Assembly (NCBI GenBank): GCA_015067075.1
Contig: SVND01000003.1
Span: 20,632 to 84,631 of the forward strand
Origin: Oscillospiraceae bacterium
GTDB taxonomy: Bacteria > Bacillota > Clostridia > Oscillospirales > SIG530
Direction: 5' to 3'
DNA length: 64,000 bases
This document shows, piece by piece, positions 55,440 through 64,000 of this stretch. Position numbers and translations under genes: made by a program. Under the pieces are notes generated by a model that did no database searches, was not told the origin of the DNA, and worked only from the letters and a program-made list of their open reading frames with translations. The number at the start of each line of letters is the position of its first letter. The stretch's first letter is position 1.

Positions 55440-56252
55440 TTACATATTATCAAGCTTAAACAGCTTTTTTGCATTTTCAAAAAATATCATATCAAGCTCT
55501 CTGTCGGAAAGCCCCATTCCCAAAAGGCGTGCAAACTCATAATCATATCTACCCATGGGATAATCGCTTCCGAAAAGGAACTTTTCTACGCCGTGAGCAC
55601 GGATAAGCTCAAGAGCATACGCATCGTCCACAAAAGCCAGCGTGCTCGACGTATCAAACCATACGTTTTTACCGTGAAGAAGTTTTTTCGCACCCTCCCA
55701 TTGCTGATATCCGCCAAAATGGGCGGCAATGAGCTTCAAATCAGTGTGGCGACTCATCACGCTCGCTATGCGCGGCGGATTGGAGTTATCCACGTTTTTA
55801 TCACCTGCGTGTGTCAGCAAAACAAGGTCACGCTTTGCAAGCCCGTCATAAACTGCATCCATTTCAGGCGCATCAACGTATATTCCTTGAAATTCAGGAT
55901 GTATTTTTATACCCAGCAAGCCGAGCTCATGTATCCTCGTAAGCTCTGCATCGATATTTTCATATTCGGGATGTATCGTGCCAAGTCCGAAAACACCGTT
56001 GCCTATCTGTGCGGCGATAGTCGTATTTATATTTTCCACCTGCGATGGTTTTGTCGCCGTAGCAAAGGTGAGAAAATACTGTACTCCGTGATTCTTTGCA
56101 TATTCCTTGAGCGCTTCTATCGTGCCTACGCCCGGTACGGCAACTTGGTAGTAATCCTCAAGCTGCTTTACGACCTTTCCCGCAATTTTTTCGGGAAAGG
56201 AATGGGCGTGTACGTCAAAAATTTTTCTTCCCATCATTCGGGGGTGTGCCAT
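55440..56252 (-). CDS. Amidohydrolase_2 family metallohydrolase
   Basis: DVHAH, GIKIHP, HAG, AAHFGG, DTSS, FGSDYP. Confidence 0.88.
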   Translation of the reverse strand: MAHPRMMGRKIFDVHAHSFPEKIAGKVVKQLEDYYQVAVPGVGTIEALKEYAKNHGVQYFLTFATATKPSQVENINTTIAAQIGNGVFGLGTIHPEYENIDAELTRIHELGLLGIKIHPEFQGIYVDAPEMDAVYDGLAKRDLVLLTHAGDKNVDNSNPPRIASVMSRHTDLKLIAAHFGGYQQWEGAKKLLHGKNVWFDTSSTLAFVDDAYALELIRAHGVEKFLFGSDYPMGRYDYEFARLLGMGLSDRELDMIFFENAKKLFKLDNM

Positions 56253-56269
56253 TTGTCAAGTCTTCTTTC

Positions 56270-57508
56270 TTACAGTAATTTTTTACGAAGCATATTTATT
56301 GCATTTGACGCGGCAAGCTCGCGCACAAGTGCGCGCTCATTTCCGCCTCTGCCAAAAACAAAGCGTTGGCAGTCAACGCCCTTTTCATCGGCAACGGCAA
56401 TATATACCAAGCCAACGGGCTTTTCATCCGTGCCGCCTGTAGGTCCTGCAATGCCCGTCGTTGCAACGGCTATATCAGCACCCGATACGCGAAGTGTGCC
56501 CAGCGCCATTTCCTTCGCCGTTTGCTCAGACACAGCTCCGTACTGCGCAAGTGTTTGCTCCGCAACACCCAAAAGCTTCATCTTTGCCTCATTTGCATAT
56601 GTAACCATGCCAAATCCAAACATATCTGATGAGCCTGATACGTCGGTTATACGCTTTGCGATAAGTCCGCCCGTACAGGATTCGGCGCAGGCAACAGTTT
56701 TACCCTTTTCCCTTGCAAGCGCAACAAGCGCCGTTTCCAATGATGGTACGTCTATACCGTATATCACGTCGCCAAGCTCCGCTTTTACCTTTTCAAGCAT
56801 CGGCGCCATCAGCTTTTCGCACTCCGCCTCATTTTTCGCCTTAGCCGTTACACGAAGCTCCACCTCGCCTGTTTTCGCATAGGGCGCAAGTGTCGGATTT
56901 TTCGACTCTTCCATAAGCGTTTTCAGCTTGTTTTCAACGGAAGATTCACCCATTCCGAAAATTTTCACCGTATGGGAAAGTATTGTTTCATCAGACAGCG
57001 TTTTTAAAAACGGAACGACCTGCTCGTCAAACATCGGAAACAGCTCTCTCGGCGGGCCGGGCAAAAGTATACAGACCTTGCCGTTTTTCACCATAGCACA
57101 GCCGGGGGCAGTTCCGTAATCATTTCTGATTATTATTCCGCCCTTGGGTTGCATTGCCTGCTTTTTATTATTGGGTGTCATCGTGCGGCCCATTCTCGCA
57201 AAAAACGCCTCAATACGTGCAAGGCTCTCCGCATCCTCGCAAAGCTCAAACCCCATTACCGATGCGGCAGTTTCCTTAGTCAGATCGTCATACGTCGGTC
57301 CAAGTCCGCCGGTCATAATGACCATATCGGAGCGCGACAGCGACATTTCAAGATGCTCACGCAATCTTGCGGGGTTATCACCTACCGTTGCATGGTAAAA
57401 CACGTTTATTCCCAGCGCTGAAAGTCTGCTGGACACAAACTGTGTATCTGTATTTAATATATCGCCCAGCAATATTTCCGTTCCGACGGATAATATTTCA
57501 CAATTCAT
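56270..57508 (-). CDS. cinA: Competence/damage-inducible protein CinA (with PncC domain)
   Basis: VGTEILLG, GGLGPT.DD, GTAPG, LPGPP.E, AESCTGG, TTGIAGP. Confidence 0.94.
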   Translation of the reverse strand: MNCEILSVGTEILLGDILNTDTQFVSSRLSALGINVFYHATVGDNPARLREHLEMSLSRSDMVIMTGGLGPTYDDLTKETAASVMGFELCEDAESLARIEAFFARMGRTMTPNNKKQAMQPKGGIIIRNDYGTAPGCAMVKNGKVCILLPGPPRELFPMFDEQVVPFLKTLSDETILSHTVKIFGMGESSVENKLKTLMEESKNPTLAPYAKTGEVELRVTAKAKNEAECEKLMAPMLEKVKAELGDVIYGIDVPSLETALVALAREKGKTVACAESCTGGLIAKRITDVSGSSDMFGFGMVTYANEAKMKLLGVAEQTLAQYGAVSEQTAKEMALGTLRVSGADIAVATTGIAGPTGGTDEKPVGLVYIAVADEKGVDCQRFVFGRGGNERALVRELAASNAINMLRKKLL

Positions 57509-57521
57509 AATACCATTTCCT

Positions 57522-58712
57522 TTATATCGAAAAATCGCAAACGATTACTTTTTCAGTACCTTCTATAGCTTCCTTCACAAGTGCATCAACGTCAAGACAC
57601 GCTTCCGCCTTTTCAAGCTCCGATATTTGCGGACGTGTTTTCGGATGCTTCGGCGTGAATACCGTACAGCAATCCTCATAGGGCAAAATTGACGTTTCAA
57701 ATGCACCTATTTTGCGGGAATATCTGACGATTTCCTCTTTATCAAGTCCAATAAGCGGACGGAATACGGGCATTTTATCCACTACGGCATCGGTGGAGCA
57801 AAGAGCATCCATGGTCTGACTTGCAACCTGTCCGAGAGATTCACCCGTTACAAGGGCGCGGCATTTGTTGTGGAACGCCAGCTTTTGCGCAATACGCATC
57901 ATCATGCGGCGCATGATAAGCGTGAAATATTCCTCGGGGCAGTTTTCGCGGATAAGCTCCTGTATCTTCGTAAACGGTACGATAAGCACGGGAAATTCGC
58001 CCACATATGAGGACAGTATCTTTGCAAGGTCGATCACCTTTTCCCTCGCTCTGTCACTTGTATATGGCGGACTGAAAAAGTGGATTCCAACAAGCTTTAC
58101 TCCGCGCTTTGCCATAAGCCAGCCTGCAACGGGACTGTCAATACCGCCTGAAAGTAAAAGCCCTGCTTTTCCGCCTGTGCCTGTCGGCATACCGCCCGCA
58201 CCGGGGAGCGAGCCTATATGCAAATACGCCGCAGTTTCACGCACCTCGACGTTTACAACTGCATCGGGCTCATGAACGTCAACCGTAAGGTGAGGACAGC
58301 TTTCAAGCAAGACCTCGCCCACATCTCGGCAGATCTGAGGAGAATTAAACGGGAATTTTTTATCCGATCTGCGCGCCTCGACCTTGAAGGTACTGCAGGC
58401 AAAAAGCTCGGGCGCGATATATTTTCTCGCCACCTCAAAAATGCTCTCCATATTTTTTTCCGCGCCATAGGAAACGCAAACGCTTACTACTCCGAAAAGC
58501 TTTTGCAGCCTTGTAAGCACCTCGGCAGCCGTTATTTCGTCAATATCCTGCTCAGGTGTTATATATACCGTGGATTGCGCCGCTTTTATATCAAATTTGC
58601 CAAGGGATGAAAGCCTTGTTCTCAGCTGTGCAAGCATAACGTCCTCAAAGGTACGTCTGTTAAGTCCCTTTAAAACAAGCTCGCCGCATTTAAGTAAATA
58701 TGTCAGTTTCAC
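57522..58712 (-). CDS. thiI: tRNA 4-thiouridine synthase (THUMP + PP-loop)
   Basis: GELVLKG.NR, LLSGGIDSPVA, TGESLGQVASQT, RPL, EDCC. Confidence 0.95.
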   Translation of the reverse strand: MKLTYLLKCGELVLKGLNRRTFEDVMLAQLRTRLSSLGKFDIKAAQSTVYITPEQDIDEITAAEVLTRLQKLFGVVSVCVSYGAEKNMESIFEVARKYIAPELFACSTFKVEARRSDKKFPFNSPQICRDVGEVLLESCPHLTVDVHEPDAVVNVEVRETAAYLHIGSLPGAGGMPTGTGGKAGLLLSGGIDSPVAGWLMAKRGVKLVGIHFFSPPYTSDRAREKVIDLAKILSSYVGEFPVLIVPFTKIQELIRENCPEEYFTLIMRRMMMRIAQKLAFHNKCRALVTGESLGQVASQTMDALCSTDAVVDKMPVFRPLIGLDKEEIVRYSRKIGAFETSILPYEDCCTVFTPKHPKTRPQISELEKAEACLDVDALVKEAIEGTEKVIVCDFSI

Positions 58713-58795
58713 AAAAAGTTCCCCTTAATATGTTTAGTAATATTTTATTTTATCATATTTTCATCTTTATTGCAATATTTTCGCTGAAGCTTTGC

Positions 58796-59722
58796 TTAAA
58801 AAAGATCCGTCGACAAATATCTGTCTCCTGTATCGGGAAGCAACACAACAATATTTTTGCCTGCGTTTTCTTCCTTTTTCGCAAGCTCTATTGCCGCATG
58901 CAGCGCCGCACCTGATGAAATACCAACAAGCACGCCCTCGCTTTTACCCATAAGACGGCTCGCCTCATAAGCATCGTTATCGCTTACCAGAACTATCTCA
59001 TCGTATATCTCCGTATTGAGAATTTCGGGCACAAAGCCTGCGCCTATTCCCTGCAGACCGTGCTTACCTGCAACGCCCGTAGATAAAAACGCCGAGGTCT
59101 TCGGCTCAACTGCGACGACCTTTACATCAGGCTTTTTCGATTTAAGATACTCACCCGTTCCCGTTATCGTACCGCCTGTGCCCACACCTGCCACAAAAAT
59201 ATCTACGCTTCCGTCCGTATCCTCAAAAATCTCAGGGCCTGTCGTTTCCATATGCGCCTTCGGATTTGCAGGGTTTACAAATTGCCCCGCAATAAAGCTG
59301 TTTTCAATTTCCTTTTCAAGCTCCTGCGCTTTTTCTATAGCACCTTTCATGCCCTTTGCACCGTCGGTCAAAACAAGCTCCGCGCCGTACGCCGTCATAA
59401 GCTTGCGCCTCTCTACCGACATGGAATCGGGCATAACTATAATAAGGCGGTAGCCCTTCGCCGCCGCAACAGCCGCAAGACCGATACCCGTATTGCCCGA
59501 CGTCGGCTCGATTATTACGCTGTCGCTCTTAAGCTTGCCCGACGTCTCCGCTTCCTCTATCATTGCGATAGCAACGCGGTCCTTTACGGAGCCTGCAGGA
59601 TTGAGATATTCAAGCTTTGCAAGTATCTTCGCTTTAAGTTCATACTTTTTTTCAATATTCGTCAGCTCCAAAAGCGGCGTTTTTCCGATAAGCTGATACA
59701 CCTTTGTATATATTTTCGACAT
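58796..59722 (-). CDS. cysK: Cysteine synthase A
   Basis: NPAGSVKDR, EPTSGNTG, GVGTGGT, QGIGAGF, GISSGA, PDTGDRYLST. Confidence 0.96.
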   Translation of the reverse strand: MSKIYTKVYQLIGKTPLLELTNIEKKYELKAKILAKLEYLNPAGSVKDRVAIAMIEEAETSGKLKSDSVIIEPTSGNTGIGLAAVAAAKGYRLIIVMPDSMSVERRKLMTAYGAELVLTDGAKGMKGAIEKAQELEKEIENSFIAGQFVNPANPKAHMETTGPEIFEDTDGSVDIFVAGVGTGGTITGTGEYLKSKKPDVKVVAVEPKTSAFLSTGVAGKHGLQGIGAGFVPEILNTEIYDEIVLVSDNDAYEASRLMGKSEGVLVGISSGAALHAAIELAKKEENAGKNIVVLLPDTGDRYLSTDLF

Positions 59723-59806
59723 AATACCGTTGTCCTTCCTTTCAGTGAATGCAGAGCATAATTATTATATCTTTTTTCTCTGTAATTGTCAAGCACAGCT
59801 CGCATC

Positions 59807-59850
59807 TGGTTATATAAAATTCTTTCATTCTGATTATTTTTATATAACCA
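59807..59850. promoter_or_regulatory. 13-bp inverted repeat, candidate regulator site
   Basis: TGGTTATATAAAA-18 bp-TTTTATATAACCA upstream of pdxK. Confidence 0.6.
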
Positions 59851-59892
59851 AATATGATATATACTATTTACATTGAAAGGAGTCGACGTATA

Positions 59893-60729
59893 ATGTCGCA
59901 CAATAATCAAAAAAAGATAGCCGTCATCAACGATTTTTGCGGCTTTGGCAGATGCTCTCTCGCCGTATCCTTGCCCATAATTTCGGCAATGAAGGTTCAA
60001 TGCTGTCCTGTCCCAACTTCGATTTTTTCAAATCACACAGGATTCAAAAGCTTTTATTACACGGACTTTACGGAGCATTTAGATGCTTACATGAACGAAT
60101 GGATAAAGCTTGAACTCAGCTTCGACGGCATTTTGACAGGATTTCTCGGCTCGCCGGAGCAAATTGATATGGTAAAACGGTTTTTAACACATTTCAAGCA
60201 AAAGCATACCGTTACGGTCATTGACCCTGTCATGGGCGATTACGGTAAGCTCTATTCCACATATTCACCTATCCTTGCAAAGCAAATGAGTGCACTTGTT
60301 CCCTTTGCCGACATACTTACACCAAATCTGACTGAAGCGTGCATACTTACCGATACGGAATACCGCAGTGATATGGACGAGGCGGATCTTGAAAAAATAT
60401 GTGCAATCCTCAGCGACATGGGACCGACGAAAATAGTTATTTCAGGTCTTGAACGCGGCGACGACCTTGAAAATTTCATTTACGAGCGTGGTAAAGCACC
60501 TGTAGTTATAAGAGAGCACAAGGTTGGAATTTGCCGTTCAGGCACAGGCGACGTTTTTTCATCCATGATTGCCGCCGATGCCGTAAACGGCAAAGATTTC
60601 TCTGACTCCGTGCGATGTGCCTCAGCATTTATTGCTAAAACTCTGCGCCGCACAATGGAGCTTGATATTCCGAAAACAGACGGCATTTGCTTCGAGGAAT
60701 TTTTATCGGAAATAAACAGCCATGAATAA
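59893..60729 (+). CDS. pdxK: Pyridoxal/pyridoxamine kinase (ribokinase superfamily)
   Basis: GFGRCSL, FSNHTG, TGFLGS, IDPVMGD, TPNLTEA, GTGDVF. Confidence 0.85.
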   Translation: MSHNNQKKIAVINDFCGFGRCSLAVSLPIISAMKVQCCPVPTSIFSNHTGFKSFYYTDFTEHLDAYMNEWIKLELSFDGILTGFLGSPEQIDMVKRFLTHFKQKHTVTVIDPVMGDYGKLYSTYSPILAKQMSALVPFADILTPNLTEACILTDTEYRSDMDEADLEKICAILSDMGPTKIVISGLERGDDLENFIYERGKAPVVIREHKVGICRSGTGDVFSSMIAADAVNGKDFSDSVRCASAFIAKTLRRTMELDIPKTDGICFEEFLSEINSHE

Positions 60730-61216
60730 GAAAACTAAGCTTATCTGTACCGTCGGCGTTTTGACCGCTGTGGTTTTTGTACTTACGGCATATCTGCACA
60801 TTCCGTCTCACACAGGGTACACTCATGTGGGCGACGGAATAATATATTTTGCCGCTTGTATTCTTCCCTTGCCCTACGCCGCCTTTGTTGGCGCAGCAGG
60901 CGCACTTTTGGCAGATTGCCTTACGGGCTACGCCGTTTGGGCACCCGCTTCTCTGATAATTAAATCATTGACAGTCCTTTTCTTCTCAAGAAAAAGTGAA
61001 AAGATAATTTGTTTTAAAAATATTCTTGCCCTTATCCCCGCATGGATAATATGTATCGGCGGTTATTATCTTTATGAGGCAGTTTTAACAGGCAATTTCA
61101 TTGCACCGCTCGCCGCCATCGCAGGCTATGTTACACAGTGCGTTTTCAGCAGTGCTCTTTACATTTTAATCGGAATTACTTTTGATAAATTAAAGCTTAA
61201 AGATCGTATTTTATAG
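60722..61216 (+). CDS. ECF transporter S component-like membrane protein (TIGR04002-like)
   Basis: Hydrophobic 164 aa; HIPSHTGYTHVGDG, GALLAD..TGY..WAP.S.IIK. Confidence 0.8.
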   Translation: MNKKTKLICTVGVLTAVVFVLTAYLHIPSHTGYTHVGDGIIYFAACILPLPYAAFVGAAGALLADCLTGYAVWAPASLIIKSLTVLFFSRKSEKIICFKNILALIPAWIICIGGYYLYEAVLTGNFIAPLAAIAGYVTQCVFSSALYILIGITFDKLKLKDRIL

Positions 61217-61228
61217 GAGGAAATAAAA

Positions 61229-61834
61229 ATGATGACAATAACTTATCCCGTTAAAAACGGAATTTACGTTAATATGACAAACCGTTGTCCCTGCGCATGC
61301 ACCTTTTGCTTGCGCCAAAACGGCGACAGCGTATACGGCTCCGAGCCCCTTTGGCTCGACCGCGAGCCCACTGTTAAGGAAGTTTGCGACAGCATTGACA
61401 CATGGGAGCTTGACAAATACGACGAGGTCGTTTTTTGCGGCTACGGTGAACCGACGGAGCGTCTTTACGACCTTCTTGAGGTTGCTGCATATATCAAAGC
61501 AAAAAGTAATATTCCTATCCGTATAAATACAAACGGACTTGCCGATCTTATATGGAATGAAAAAACTGCGCCGAAGCTGAAAGGGCTTATTGACACCGTT
61601 TCCGTCAGCCTTAACGCAACCAACAAGGACGATTATTTCAAAGTCGTCCGCCCGAAATTCGGCATTGACTCCTACGACGCTATGCTCAGCTTTACAAAGG
61701 ATTGCGTCGAATACGTTCCTAACGTTGTAATGACAGTCGTTGACGTTGTAACGTCAGCCGAGGAGCAAGCGCTCAGCCGTGAAATATGTGAATCTCTCGG
61801 CGCAACCCTTCGCATTCGTCCCTTTGAAGAATGA
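61229..61834 (+). CDS. Small radical SAM enzyme (TIGR04100/TIGR04038-like)
   Basis: YVNMTNRCPCACTFC (CxxxCxxC), LWL.REP, VFCGYGEPT, RINTNG, SVSLN. Confidence 0.88.
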   Translation: MMTITYPVKNGIYVNMTNRCPCACTFCLRQNGDSVYGSEPLWLDREPTVKEVCDSIDTWELDKYDEVVFCGYGEPTERLYDLLEVAAYIKAKSNIPIRINTNGLADLIWNEKTAPKLKGLIDTVSVSLNATNKDDYFKVVRPKFGIDSYDAMLSFTKDCVEYVPNVVMTVVDVVTSAEEQALSREICESLGATLRIRPFEE

Positions 61835-61847
61835 TCAGCACAAAAAA

Positions 61848-61895
61848 GGTGTTGTCTCAAAAGCGAAACAGACGCCATTGAGACAGCCCCTTTTT
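61848..61895. terminator. Probable bidirectional terminator
   Basis: GTTGTCTCAA/TTGAGACAGC stem with A and T flanks. Confidence 0.55.
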
Positions 61896-61896
61896 C

Positions 61897-62754
61897 TTAT
61901 TTTGAATATATTTTTTTGAAAAAATCTTCGGTGCTTATACCCGACGGTCTATTAAAGCGCGGTATAAGGTACAGACTTTCAGGCTCGCTTGTTATACAGG
62001 CGAGCTTTTCTGTGCAGGAAAAAGTGCAAATAAATCCGAGGCTTTTTAAAATATCATAGGATTCCTGCGAAATAAACCCAAAAGGATATGTGTACGCCTT
62101 TGGGAATACACCAAGGTGCTCTTTTACAGCTGTTTGAAGGCGCATTATATCGTTGGTGAGTGTATCCGTATAGGCGGCAAGCGGCTCGCTTTGCATACGC
62201 TTAGCACCCTTTCGTGAACCGTCGAAGGAATGCATATCATAGCTGTGGTTTTGTATTTCCGCAACGCCGCTTTCGCTCATTTCGCGTAAATGCGCCCACG
62301 ACATATGAGCATAGTTGGGATTTTCATCCTTCGTTTCGGAATATTGATCGGCATATCGACCAATAATAGAAAAGACAGCTTTAAAACCGTATTTTTTTAA
62401 AAGCGGATATGCGTATTTATAATTATTGTAATAGCCGTCATCAAACGTTATCATAATAGGCTTTTCAGGCAGCGGTACGCCGTCATAAACATAGGCTTCC
62501 AGGTCGCTTACCGTTATGGTCGTATATCCGTTTTCGTAAATATATTTAAAATCACTTTCAAGCTGTGAAGGCGTTATGACATATTTCCCTCGGCGCGCGT
62601 TGTTGTTAAGTATGCTATGATACATTAAAACGGGAAGCTCTATCTTTTCCTGCTGCGCCGATGCATTTATACCGTTTATGGCGGCAAATATAAGAATGAT
62701 ACAAAAAAGAAATGCGAAATATGAAGCTATTTGTTTTTGGTAATTGTTGAGCAT
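61897..62754 (-). CDS. Polysaccharide deacetylase (CE4) with signal peptide
   Basis: PVLMYH, ITFDDGY, NHSY..H, YPFG. Confidence 0.9.
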   Translation of the reverse strand: MLNNYQKQIASYFAFLFCIILIFAAINGINASAQQEKIELPVLMYHSILNNNARRGKYVITPSQLESDFKYIYENGYTTITVSDLEAYVYDGVPLPEKPIMITFDDGYYNNYKYAYPLLKKYGFKAVFSIIGRYADQYSETKDENPNYAHMSWAHLREMSESGVAEIQNHSYDMHSFDGSRKGAKRMQSEPLAAYTDTLTNDIMRLQTAVKEHLGVFPKAYTYPFGFISQESYDILKSLGFICTFSCTEKLACITSEPESLYLIPRFNRPSGISTEDFFKKIYSK

Positions 62755-62871
62755 TTGAATTTTCCTCCTTTATATACGTCTATTTTGCGCAAAAAGGAAT
62801 AAAATATATTTGGAAAAAGCAAACTGCGGAGTTTATTATTTTTCACGCATAAAAGGAAAGGAAGCGATAGC

Positions 62872-63435
62872 TTGATGATACAGCCGATAAAAATTGGTAT
62901 TTACGGTTCGGATAAAGGTCATGGCACGGCTAAGATTATGTCAACTCTGCTCAAGCAAAAAGCAATAGGTCATATTCTGATCTCAGTTCTTCGATATGAG
63001 CAAATAGGTAACGAAATGCAGTTAATTATTTTTCAGACGTCGCGACTTGCCGATATTTTTGCTATGCGCCCCGATATAATCCTGTTTGAGCATACACAAG
63101 CCAGACACTGTGATACAGACCTTAGCGGGCTTGATGCCATTGCGGTGCTTGAAACTGACGACACCGATGCCGCCAATATTATCGCCGATACAGGCATAAG
63201 TGCGGTCACCTGCGGACTTTCGCAAAAAAGCAGTGTTACCGTGTCAAGTATAACAGATACGGAAACTGTTATCAGTGTACAAAGAAGCATAATCGACCTT
63301 TTTGGAAACGTAATAGAACCGCAGGAGATAAAAGTGGCAATCGGACCTGAATGCGGACACGAATATGAAGCTGTATCTGCGGCGACAGCTTTGCTTTTAT
63401 CAGGTATTACGCCGCAAGCATTAGAAAATGTATGA
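62872..63435 (+). CDS. Conserved hypothetical protein, weak Mur-ligase middle-domain resemblance
   Basis: TCGLSQKSSVTVSS and QRSI.DL.G..IEPQE; start uncertain (TTG 62872 or ATG 62875). Confidence 0.55.
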   Translation: MMIQPIKIGIYGSDKGHGTAKIMSTLLKQKAIGHILISVLRYEQIGNEMQLIIFQTSRLADIFAMRPDIILFEHTQARHCDTDLSGLDAIAVLETDDTDAANIIADTGISAVTCGLSQKSSVTVSSITDTETVISVQRSIIDLFGNVIEPQEIKVAIGPECGHEYEAVSAATALLLSGITPQALENV

Positions 63436-63449
63436 AAGGTGCAAGTAAA

Positions 63450-64000
63450 ATGAATGAGCATTGCTTTAACCGCGCAGAGATAAGCGGTAAAATATCGTCC
63501 GAGCCAAGCTTTAGCCATAACCTTTTCGGAGAAAGCTTTTATACGATGGCGATAGATGTGAAAAGATTATCGGGCATAAGCGATACGGTCAGCGTAACCG
63601 TTTCCGACAGAATATGTGATATCGCTCAGCTTACGCTCGGCGTACCCGTTTATATAAAAGGCGAATACAGATCGTATAACCGTCATGAAGCGTCGCACAC
63701 ACGGCTTATGCTGTCACTTTTTGCAAAGGAACTTGAATTTGCAAAACAAAGCGAGGATGTAAATTTTATTACCCTATGCGGCTACATATGTAAGCCCGTA
63801 CAATTTCGGCAAACGCCGCAAAAACGTGAAATAGCCGATATGCTCGTCGCAGTAAACAGACGTTTTAACAAATCCGACTATATTCCCTGTATCGCGTGGG
63901 GCAGAAACGCAAGGTTTGCATCACAATTGCCCGTAGGCACGCTCGTGGGCATAACGGGAAGAATACAAAGCAGACAGTATGTCAAGGTGGATGAAAATCA
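63450..64000 (+). CDS. ssb: Single-stranded DNA-binding protein, tandem-OB clostridial type (partial, runs off the window)
   Basis: ATG 63450: FSH..FGESFY, VKRLSG.SD, GEYRSYN, then a second OB fold GYICKP...TP..REIAD..VAVNR...KSDYIPCIAWGRNA...GRIQSR.Y. Confidence 0.88.
   Translation, partial: MNEHCFNRAEISGKISSEPSFSHNLFGESFYTMAIDVKRLSGISDTVSVTVSDRICDIAQLTLGVPVYIKGEYRSYNRHEASHTRLMLSLFAKELEFAKQSEDVNFITLCGYICKPVQFRQTPQKREIADMLVAVNRRFNKSDYIPCIAWGRNARFASQLPVGTLVGITGRIQSRQYVKVDEN

Noticed and set aside
55593-56882. 429-aa plus-strand ORF, and similar long antisense ORFs (5025-5810, 12301-13113, 20184-21131, 49617-50384)
   Set aside because: They are shadows of well-supported opposite-strand genes, with no RBS or recognisable motifs.

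Overview
This looks like chromosomal DNA from a spore-forming Clostridia-class firmicute, probably an Oscillospiraceae/Ruminococcaceae-like gut or rumen organism. That assignment is inferred from gene content and AGGAGG/TTGACA-TATAAT signals. The window holds about 57 CDS and one tRNA-Ala(CGC). Housekeeping genes include rsmG, ilvE, rlmB, queA, trmL, upp, uraA, cinA, thiI, cysK and a partial ssb. There are also sporulation/cell-wall genes (M23/M50 spoIVF-like pair, SpoIID-like, DD-carboxypeptidase, polysaccharide deacetylase) and many carbohydrate genes (fucI, GH95, GH78-like, GH39-like, CE2-like). I saw no transposase, integrase, prophage or CRISPR array. Best leads: (1) two paralogous ~870-aa Pro/Thr-stalked lipoproteins that look like an unclassified glycoside hydrolase family, within a wider set of lipid-anchored stalked enzymes; (2) a structured 140/161-bp repeat that re-copies the 3' end of queA; (3) two tandem divergent secreted proteins sharing an almost identical 89-bp RBS plus signal-anchor cassette; (4) a pdxK-ECF S component-radical SAM operon behind a 13-bp inverted repeat; (5) a P1B-ATPase-like pseudoenzyme; (6) a sensor-less BlaR1/BlaI module with separate lipoproteins. 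All product calls come from motif recognition by eye; no database search was run.
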